A stretch of 64,000 nt of DNA from an uncultured Candidatus Saccharibacteria bacterium (lineage in GTDB: Bacteria; Patescibacteriota; Minisyncoccia; Phycocordibacterales; JACOZG01): assembly GCA_964361825.1 (NCBI GenBank), contig CAYICB010000003.1, forward strand, positions 2,643-66,642. The letters are read 5' to 3'. Below, piece by piece: positions 57,027 through 64,000 of this stretch (positions within the stretch are counted from its first letter, which is position 1; each line of letters begins with the position of its first letter). Position numbers and translations under genes: made by a program. Under the pieces are notes generated by a model. It did no database searches, had not been told where the DNA came from, and saw only the letters and a program-made list of their open reading frames with translations.

Positions 57027-58946
57027 GTGATGAAAAAGATGTCAAAATTGAATAAAACCAGTCCGCGAGGCTTTGGTCAATTTGGTCGCCAAATTGCTTC
57101 CACGGTCTTGATTTTTCTCGTTTTGCTCGGAATCTATTCTGCGGTGACCAGCAATCAGCAAACCGCCAAAGAGCTAACTTTATCAGAATTAGCCCAAGCG
57201 ATTAATCAGGGTGAGGTGGCCAAAATTGTGATTCAAGGCGATGCTTTAGCTGTGACCCTGCAAACCGGGGAAGAGCTTCGGTCGCAAAAAGAGGCCGAAA
57301 CTTCGCTCTCCGAAAGTTTGGCTAATTATGGCGTTTTGCCGACTAGTTTGGGCGGGGTTTCGGTGGCGGTGGCTAATCCCTCGGGCCTTACTTTTTGGTT
57401 GCTCAATTTATTGCCTTTTATTTTACCAGCGATTTTTGTACTTCTGATTTTTTGGTTTATCTCGCGCCAAGTGCGCGGGGCTTCGGTGCAAGCGTTCTCT
57501 TTTGGTCAATCGCGCGCGCGAGTAATTGACCCCAATGATCAGTCGCAGAAAATTACTTTCAAAGATGTGGCTGGCGTAAAGGAGGCCAAAGAAGAATTGT
57601 TAGAAATTGTCGATTTTCTCAAAAGTCCAAAAAAGTTTTTAGACATTGGCGCCAAGATTCCCAAGGGTGTTTTGCTTATTGGTGCGCCGGGGACCGGTAA
57701 AACTTTGTTGGCGCGCGCGGTGGCGGGTGAAGCGGGTGTGCCCTTCTTTTATCTCTCGGGTTCGGAGTTTGTTGAGATGTTTGTAGGCGTGGGCGCTTCG
57801 CGCGTGCGCGACCTCTTCAAAATGGCCAAGAAAACGGCCCCAGCGATTATTTTTATTGATGAAATCGATGCCATCGGTCGTCATCGCGGTGGCGGCATGG
57901 GTGGCGGCAATGATGAGCGCGAGCAAACACTTAATCAAATTCTCGTGGAGATGGATGGCTTCGAGCCTAATGAAAAACTGATTGTAATGGCGGCCACCAA
58001 TCGGCCTGATGTGCTCGATATCGCGCTTTTGCGCCCCGGTCGCTTTGACCGTCGCGTGGTGCTCGATAAGCCGGATCTTAAAGATCGTGAAGAAATTCTT
58101 GGCATTTATGCCCGCAAGAAACCGCTCCACGAGGATGTGAACTTGCGCGTCATTGCTCAACGCACGCCCGGTTTCTCTGGCGCGGATCTCGCTAATGTGA
58201 TGAATGAAGGCGCGATTTTGGCGGCGCGCGAGAATCGCAAGCAGATTACGCAATACGATCTCATTCGCTCGGTGGAGAAGGTAATTCTTGGTCCGGAGCG
58301 CAAGAGTCATATCTTGTCTGAACGAGAAAAGAAAATCACGGCTTACCACGAGATGGGCCATGCGCTCATTGGCTCGGTTTTGCCGCATTCGGATCCGGTG
58401 CACAAGGTCTCGATTATTTCTCGCGGGCATGCGGCGGGCTACACGCTTAAATTGCCGTTCGAAGACCGCAAACTGGAGTCGAAGAAAGAATTCTTGGATG
58501 AAATCGCGGCGCTCCTCGGTGGTTATGCCGCCGAGCAACTGATTTTTGGCGATATTACTACCGGCGCTTCTAATGATCTTGCGGTGGCGACCTATACGGC
58601 GCGTAATATGGTCACCAAGTATGGTATGAGCGAGAAGCTCGGGCCGGTGGCCTTCGACACTGGCGGCGAACGCCACTTGGTGAGCGGCGGGCAACTAGTG
58701 GAGAAGGCGTCATCGGAGGCGGTGTCGGCGCTCATTGATCAAGAAATTTCTAAAATTCTTAGCGAAGGTCTGACGCGCGCTAATCAAGTGCTTACCGATT
58801 ACCGCGCCGCTCTCGACGCGATGTCGGAAGAACTGATTAAAGTCGAAACCATCGATCGCGAAGACTTCGATAAACTGCTTATTTTGAACGGCATCAAGCC
58901 GAAGGAGGATACTAATAAGGTTGTGGATAACTTATCGGCCCGGTAG
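57027..58946 (+). CDS. ftsH: ATP-dependent zinc metalloprotease FtsH
   Basis: two N-terminal TM, AAA Walker A/B, SRH, HEMGH zinc site. Confidence 0.95.
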   Translation: MMKKMSKLNKTSPRGFGQFGRQIASTVLIFLVLLGIYSAVTSNQQTAKELTLSELAQAINQGEVAKIVIQGDALAVTLQTGEELRSQKEAETSLSESLANYGVLPTSLGGVSVAVANPSGLTFWLLNLLPFILPAIFVLLIFWFISRQVRGASVQAFSFGQSRARVIDPNDQSQKITFKDVAGVKEAKEELLEIVDFLKSPKKFLDIGAKIPKGVLLIGAPGTGKTLLARAVAGEAGVPFFYLSGSEFVEMFVGVGASRVRDLFKMAKKTAPAIIFIDEIDAIGRHRGGGMGGGNDEREQTLNQILVEMDGFEPNEKLIVMAATNRPDVLDIALLRPGRFDRRVVLDKPDLKDREEILGIYARKKPLHEDVNLRVIAQRTPGFSGADLANVMNEGAILAARENRKQITQYDLIRSVEKVILGPERKSHILSEREKKITAYHEMGHALIGSVLPHSDPVHKVSIISRGHAAGYTLKLPFEDRKLESKKEFLDEIAALLGGYAAEQLIFGDITTGASNDLAVATYTARNMVTKYGMSEKLGPVAFDTGGERHLVSGGQLVEKASSEAVSALIDQEISKILSEGLTRANQVLTDYRAALDAMSEELIKVETIDREDFDKLLILNGIKPKEDTNKVVDNLSAR

Positions 58947-59006
58947 GATTCGAACCTACAACCAGCCGTGTATAAGACGGCGGCTCCACCATTGAGCTAC
59001 GGGCCG
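58935..59006 (-). tRNA. tRNA, anticodon UAU (Ile, AUA-decoding), no encoded CCA
   Basis: cloverleaf: acceptor CGGCCCG/CGGGCCG, D GCTC..GAGC, anticodon stem GCCGT/ACGGC with loop CTTATAC, T-arm GTAGG-TTCGAAT-CCTAC; overlaps ftsH stop by ~11 nt on the opposite strand. Confidence 0.7.
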
Positions 59007-59088
59007 GAAGGTGTTACCATAATAATGGCCAAAATATACTGACTGGTCAATCTCAAGTTTTTGGCTTTATTACTTAATTTTTCTTTAA

Positions 59089-59841
59089 ATGAACAAATCT
59101 CTTATTAGTTTCTTTTTGGTGTTTGCTTTGGTTTTGGCGCCAGTTTTTACTGTTAGTGCTAAATCGGTCAATGAGAAAAAAAGTTTGCTTTCGCGTTTAT
59201 TGGCGCGTTTTCAGCGAGTAGAGAAAGTGGAGCGCGTGGTATTAGAACCGGTGGTGGAGATTAATCAGCCCGCGATCAATGCCGAGAGTTTATCACTGGT
59301 TTCGAGTAATCCGCCGTCTGGGGCCATTAGAACTGGTCAACCATCTAATCCTGATGGCACCGGCTTTTGGGATCCTAAAGGCGCTTGGCAAACCATTGAG
59401 GTGATAATGAGTGGTAATACCGCTTCGGTGGCGCCAGAAATGTTTGAGGTTAAGGGGACTTCGGCCGATACGCCTAAGGTCACTGGTATTATGCCGAGCG
59501 AGAAGGCGGGAGCGGTTACGCTGGTTTTAAGTCACCCGATTCAAGTTGGTTGGACCACGATTGTTCTAAAATCAAGTGGTCAAACTATTAATCTGGGTTA
59601 TTTACCCGGAGATGTGGATCAAAGTGGCGCTTTTACTGCTGCTGATTGGCTAAAGTTAATCGACGCTCTTAATGGAGTGGCTGATTTGCCTCTCTACATG
59701 ACCGATATCGATAATAGCGGTGTTTTTACCCCGGCTGATCTCTTGCGTTTAATCGACATGATTAATGGCGCAGACCATTTTGTGGCCCTCAACCTTTTTG
59801 GCGCTTCGATCCCTGCCTTGCCAGAGGTAAGTCTTAATTAA
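59089..59841 (+). CDS. secreted protein with C-terminal dockerin-like Ca-binding repeat pair
   Basis: signal peptide; DVDQSGAFTAAD and DIDNSGVFTPAD loops each followed by LxxLIDxxNG. Confidence 0.55.
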   Translation: MNKSLISFFLVFALVLAPVFTVSAKSVNEKKSLLSRLLARFQRVEKVERVVLEPVVEINQPAINAESLSLVSSNPPSGAIRTGQPSNPDGTGFWDPKGAWQTIEVIMSGNTASVAPEMFEVKGTSADTPKVTGIMPSEKAGAVTLVLSHPIQVGWTTIVLKSSGQTINLGYLPGDVDQSGAFTAADWLKLIDALNGVADLPLYMTDIDNSGVFTPADLLRLIDMINGADHFVALNLFGASIPALPEVSLN

Positions 59842-59845
59842 ACTG

Positions 59846-60832
59846 ATGAAGAAGCGCCTTTTTGCTTTTTTGTTGGTTTTGGTTTTTGGCGGTGTTTTAC
59901 CCTTAGGAGCTTCGGCCGAAGGCTTTTTAACCGAGACGATTGCTGGACTTAAGGCGCAAATTGCCGAATTGGAAGCGCGGTTAGCTCAACTCCAAGGTTT
60001 AGAAGTTGGCGAAACGGAGCAAGGCTTTCTCAACCGAAATTACCAATTGGGTGAAACTGGACCAGAGGTCATTGCTTTACAAGACTTCTTACGTGCCAAA
60101 GGTTTTTTTAGTTTACCCCAGTCCACTGGTTATTTTGGCGAAGTCACGCAAAAGGCGCTTCGGGCTTACACAGAATCTTTGAGTAAAACAGTTACTCCAG
60201 TAACAACGGTAATTACTACTACCATTTTAGCTACCTCTACGCCCACCACTACGCCGTTGGTGGTAGAGAAGCCACTTCCCGTTACCGGCTTTGGCTTTAA
60301 GGCGGTTAAACCACCAGCTGAAGCCATTGATGCTCGGAGTCCGGTTTCGCTTGAGCCAAACAGTAAAGAGATTTTTGGCTGGCAAGAATTTGAGTTTGCT
60401 TTTACTCCTGATCCCAAAACTAGGGCAAAAAAGCCAGTTTTGGCCGATTTTAGCGTGGAAACGGCCAAACCAGATTTCGATTTGAAAGTGGTGGCGGTGG
60501 TGGCTAGCGATCCGGTGGTGGTGAAGCTAAGTCAACCCATTCCGGCCGGAGTGTGGACCAAGGTTATCCACAAGCCCACACAAACCACCTTCCGTTTTGG
60601 TTACCTTCCGGGGGATGTTAATCAGGACGCTTTAGTGAGTTATGAGGACCTGCTTTTATTGATTGATGTGGTAAACAAGGTTAAATCTGCCCCAGATTAC
60701 ACGGCAGATATCGATCGTAATGGTTTGGTGAATCGGGCTGATCAGCTCGCTTGGCTTAATTTGGTTAAAACTGGCGAGGGAGAAAGTTCTTGGCATCGAC
60801 ACTCCTTGCCAAGCGAAGTCATCCCAAGTTAA
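59846..60832 (+). CDS. secreted protein: coiled-coil, peptidoglycan-binding domain, C-terminal dockerin-like repeats
   Basis: PG_binding_1-like LGETGPEVIALQDFLRAKGF..GYFGEVTQKAL; DVNQDALVSYED / DIDRNGLVNRAD. Confidence 0.55.
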   Translation: MKKRLFAFLLVLVFGGVLPLGASAEGFLTETIAGLKAQIAELEARLAQLQGLEVGETEQGFLNRNYQLGETGPEVIALQDFLRAKGFFSLPQSTGYFGEVTQKALRAYTESLSKTVTPVTTVITTTILATSTPTTTPLVVEKPLPVTGFGFKAVKPPAEAIDARSPVSLEPNSKEIFGWQEFEFAFTPDPKTRAKKPVLADFSVETAKPDFDLKVVAVVASDPVVVKLSQPIPAGVWTKVIHKPTQTTFRFGYLPGDVNQDALVSYEDLLLLIDVVNKVKSAPDYTADIDRNGLVNRADQLAWLNLVKTGEGESSWHRHSLPSEVIPS

Positions 60833-60841
60833 AATTTAGAC

Positions 60842-61666
60842 ATGAAAAAATTATTCATTCTTTTGCTTATTAGTTTAAGTTTGCCATTTTTGGCGCAAGC
60901 GCAAGTGGCGAGTAATCCTGCCGCCAGAATGCAGGTGACCCAGCTTATCGAGGCGCTGAAAAGTCGCGGTCTCACACCGATAAGGCCAAGCGCGGTATCC
61001 GCAGTTTCTCCCATGACCTATCAACCAGTGGCCGTGCCACGGCTGATGCGTAACTTGACAGTGGGTGATAAGGGCGAAGATGTGCGCTCACTCCAGACCT
61101 TTCTTAAGACCAAAGGTTACTTTAAGGATGAGGCCACCGGCTTTTTTGGACCAATGACGGCCACGGCGCTGACTGATTGGCAAATGGCCGAAAAAATTAT
61201 TACCAATCGAGCTAATGGTGGGGTGGTGGGCACCTATACTCGTAGCAAATTGGATTCATTAGCGGGGAGTAATCCGATGGTTAGCGCGACAATGGTTAAT
61301 AAGTTGCCCGGTAGTCGCGTGGGCGTAAAATTTGGGGTAACTAATCCGCTCCCTGATAGTGAGTTGAAGCGCGGTGAACGCTTCTCGATTACTTGGCGCC
61401 TGGCCAGAACCTTGGCTACGCCACTAGTAGACACCGAAACAGAAACAGTGACCAATGAGGTGCCGGCCCTTGATGCCGCGCCAGAGGTTAATATTATCCT
61501 TTTGCCAGTTTCTGGCCAGCCGATTGCTTTGATAAGTAATTTGGCTAATAAATCTTTTTATCACTGGACGCCGGCGAACACCATTTTGCCCGGCAAGTAT
61601 CGCGTACAAGTGGAGTCTACCGATCGGGCAATCTCGGCTACCAGCGAAATTTTCACTCTCAAATAA
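60842..61666 (+). CDS. secreted peptidoglycan-binding-domain protein
   Basis: signal peptide; LTVGDKGEDVRSLQTFLKTKGYF..GFFGPMTATAL. Confidence 0.55.
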   Translation: MKKLFILLLISLSLPFLAQAQVASNPAARMQVTQLIEALKSRGLTPIRPSAVSAVSPMTYQPVAVPRLMRNLTVGDKGEDVRSLQTFLKTKGYFKDEATGFFGPMTATALTDWQMAEKIITNRANGGVVGTYTRSKLDSLAGSNPMVSATMVNKLPGSRVGVKFGVTNPLPDSELKRGERFSITWRLARTLATPLVDTETETVTNEVPALDAAPEVNIILLPVSGQPIALISNLANKSFYHWTPANTILPGKYRVQVESTDRAISATSEIFTLK

Positions 61667-61684
61667 GTAAGAAAGCGTGGTGGT

Positions 61685-62212
61685 TTGCGTCTCCAACTAA
61701 TGTCGCTCAATCCACAGCAAGAACTTTTAGAGGCTCATGAGGCTTGGGCGGAGGCTATTTTTCGTCACTTGTTTTTTCGGCTTAGTGATCGAGAGCGAGC
61801 TTTAGAATTGGTCCAAGAGGTTTTTCTGCGGGTGTGGCAAACCCTTGTTCGGGGGGAAAGGGTCGAGAACATGCGCGCTTTTCTTTATCGGATTGCCCAT
61901 AATTTGATTATTGATGAATATCGCAAGACTAAAAGTTCCTCCCTTGAGGCCTTAAACGAGGAGACGGGTTTTGAGCCAGTGGGCGGTGATGAAAATGATT
62001 TGGTGGCTGAATTAGAGAGGGTCGAAATTATCGCCCAATTGCACCAAGTGCCGACCCCCTATCGTGAGGCGCTAGTTTATCGTTATGTGGATGATTTACC
62101 GGTCAAAGAGATTGCCACCTTGCTCGGTGAGACCGAAAATGTGATCTCGGTGAGAATTCATCGCGGTTTGGGTAAATTACGCCAATTAATTTTGCAACAT
62201 GGAAACGCTTAA
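61685..62212 (+). CDS. ECF-type sigma-70 family RNA polymerase sigma factor
   Basis: region 2 (LVQEVFLRVWQ) and region 4 HTH (LPVKEIATLLGETENVISVRIHRGL). Confidence 0.8.
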   Translation: MRLQLMSLNPQQELLEAHEAWAEAIFRHLFFRLSDRERALELVQEVFLRVWQTLVRGERVENMRAFLYRIAHNLIIDEYRKTKSSSLEALNEETGFEPVGGDENDLVAELERVEIIAQLHQVPTPYREALVYRYVDDLPVKEIATLLGETENVISVRIHRGLGKLRQLILQHGNA

Positions 62213-62678
62213 ACAAGCGCTCAATCGGGCGAAAAGTGAGGTGAGTTTGACCCCGGGCGAATGGGCGAGTTCGCGTCGGGCCTTAGAATGGAAAATCGGT
62301 CAAGGTGAACAATCAGTAAGAATTCCCGAAGACTATCGTCATCAAGCTTGGTGGCAGGGTTCACCCCTTTGGCGGGGGTTGGCCCTAGTTTTGCCACTTA
62401 TTGTCATTTTTATTGCCGCGCGTCAAGTGGCGGCACCGGAACCAATTTTACCCCTGACCGTTCCGGCGCCGCTTGTGTCTCCGGAAGCGCCGGTGAGATT
62501 GAAGCGGTTGCCAGCGCCAGAATTGCCGGTGGCGCCGGTAGTGCCCCAAGTTCCATTAATGATGCCGTCGGCTGGTGGCCCGGTGTCTGCTCCAGCCAGT
62601 GAGACCAACTTATTACGCGCCACCTCCACAGCCACCACTTCAGTAGACGAATTACCAGAAGACAGTTATAATAATTAA
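62199..62678 (+). CDS. putative anti-sigma factor (single TM, Pro-rich extracytoplasmic tail)
   Basis: overlaps the sigma gene stop; one TM helix. Confidence 0.45.
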   Translation: METLKQALNRAKSEVSLTPGEWASSRRALEWKIGQGEQSVRIPEDYRHQAWWQGSPLWRGLALVLPLIVIFIAARQVAAPEPILPLTVPAPLVSPEAPVRLKRLPAPELPVAPVVPQVPLMMPSAGGPVSAPASETNLLRATSTATTSVDELPEDSYNN

Positions 62679-62679
62679 T

Positions 62680-64000
62680 ATGAAAAAATTTAATATTTGG
62701 TTGATGGGTTTTGTTTTTCTCGGAATTTTGGCAGCTCCGGCGATTACTCGAGCCCAAGTGGAGACAAAATTTAAAATTGGTGATTTTGGTCAATATGTGA
62801 AAGAACTTCAAGAAAAACTCCGCGCCTCGGGCGACTTCACTTACCCTCAAATCACCGGTTATTACGGTAAAATTACCGACGAAGCGGTGAAGAAGTATGA
62901 GGCGAGAACGAAAGAGAAAATCCTCAGACCTATCCCTCGGCCATTACCCGTACCTCCGGTTGGTAATATGCCTATTACTGTTATTTCACCGAATGGTGGG
63001 GAAAGGGATTGGCAGACAGGCGCAGTAAGACAAATCAATTGGACATTGGGAGGAGGTTTTAGTCTCGGTGTCTACACGGTAGACATTAATTGGGTTCCAG
63101 CCGTTATTCCAATGATTTATTGTGCTCAAGAGGATGATTCCCGGTGTGATTTCTCAAAGAAAATTGTTTCTGGTGTACCAATGACCAGTTATGTTGGTGC
63201 GGGTTTTAGTGGTAATGGCGGGGGTTCTTATAATTGGAAGGTCGGGACATTTGAAGATGGTTCAAATTTTGCTACGAACTCTGATTTTGAAGGTAGAATT
63301 CGTGTTTGCTTGTCTGGTACTAAGACATGTGACTACAGTGACTCCCACTTCACCATCTCTTCTAATAACACCATTCCTTACCCTCAACCTGTTGGCAATC
63401 AACCGCCAGTAATTCATGGTGTGTCTGGTCCGACCCTGCTTAAGGTTGGCGAGATGGGTGAGTGGTCCGTGAAGGCGAGCGATCCCGAGAACGGTAGTTT
63501 GAAGTACGCTATTGATTGGGGTGACCGCAACGCTTCGGCTGGGGCGGCTGGGTTGCCGATGATGTCTGGTTTAACCTATGACACCACACAAAACAGCACC
63601 TTTACTCATAGTTATAGCTCGGCTGGCACTTACACCGTGACCTTCGCCGTGAGCGACAATTTGGGTAGTGTGAACAAGTCGAGCATGAGTGTGCAGGTTG
63701 GTGGCAGCGATATTCCTCGGGATATTATCCAAGTTCTTTCGCCGAATGGCGGGGAGCGTTGGCTTGTTGGTTCAACTCAGTCAGTTCAGTGGCGTTGGTC
63801 GGGCCCTTCTAACCCTCACTACCCACAATATAAGTCAACCAACTTGAATATCTATTTGCTCGGTGAGTACGGTTCCAAGCGTCCTTTAGTTCAGGGGGTG
63901 GACAGTCGTAACGGAGGAGGGTTTTCGGTAAAAGTTCCTTCTTGGGCACCCGCAGGGAATTACCGTGTCGGTGTGTGTGATGATTATCTTTCGGATGCTA
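62680..64000 (+). CDS. secreted peptidoglycan-binding / PKD-like repeat protein (partial; runs off window)
   Basis: signal peptide; FKIGDFGQYVKELQEKL..GYYGKITDEAV; repeated SPNGGER.W modules; no stop before 64000. Confidence 0.5.
   Translation, partial: MKKFNIWLMGFVFLGILAAPAITRAQVETKFKIGDFGQYVKELQEKLRASGDFTYPQITGYYGKITDEAVKKYEARTKEKILRPIPRPLPVPPVGNMPITVISPNGGERDWQTGAVRQINWTLGGGFSLGVYTVDINWVPAVIPMIYCAQEDDSRCDFSKKIVSGVPMTSYVGAGFSGNGGGSYNWKVGTFEDGSNFATNSDFEGRIRVCLSGTKTCDYSDSHFTISSNNTIPYPQPVGNQPPVIHGVSGPTLLKVGEMGEWSVKASDPENGSLKYAIDWGDRNASAGAAGLPMMSGLTYDTTQNSTFTHSYSSAGTYTVTFAVSDNLGSVNKSSMSVQVGGSDIPRDIIQVLSPNGGERWLVGSTQSVQWRWSGPSNPHYPQYKSTNLNIYLLGEYGSKRPLVQGVDSRNGGGFSVKVPSWAPAGNYRVGVCDDYLSDA

Noticed and set aside
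57639-58694. 351-aa ORF antisense to ftsH
   Set aside because: Opposite-strand shadow of a conserved gene; Arg/His-rich nonsense composition.

Overview
This 64-kb window is mostly core genome from a small-genome bacterium. Its hallmarks (tuf immediately followed by the S10-spc ribosomal cluster, no L30 gene between S5 and L15, a short L3, a short trigger factor, many small secreted or pilus proteins) suggest a Candidate-Phyla-Radiation-like lineage; that assignment is inference. Recognisable blocks, left to right: rny-clpP-tig-ppa-nusA on the minus strand; a ParDE-like toxin-antitoxin pair; two paralogous secreted proteins (one a long fibre-repeat protein); an IS200-like HUH transposase homologue; a type IV pilus operon (pilB, pilC, three prepilin-type proteins); tpiA-pgk; recJ; a MazF-fold::RNase HI fusion; a ~2.7-kb GC-rich, compositionally foreign islet of small genes with duplicated GGA-rich leaders that ends at csrA; speH; a split ComEC; rpmB; an S2P protease; rpsL-rpsG-fusA, then an inserted methyltransferase and zinc-ribbon gene, then tuf and the S10-spc-secY-adk-map block; ndk; a DinJ-YafQ toxin-antitoxin pair; an APH-family kinase; a beta-CASP RNase; infC-rpmI-rplT; an ORF6N mobile-element gene bracketed by ~55-90-bp direct repeats; an AT-rich islet (PrsW-like protease) abutting the 3' end of a tmRNA; smpB; ftsH; a tRNA with anticodon UAU; and an ECF sigma/anti-sigma pair among secreted dockerin-repeat and peptidoglycan-binding proteins. 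No rRNA and no CRISPR array. The most novel-looking content is the GC-rich islet (23.4-26.1 kb) and the tmRNA-adjacent mobile remnants (52.9-56.1 kb).
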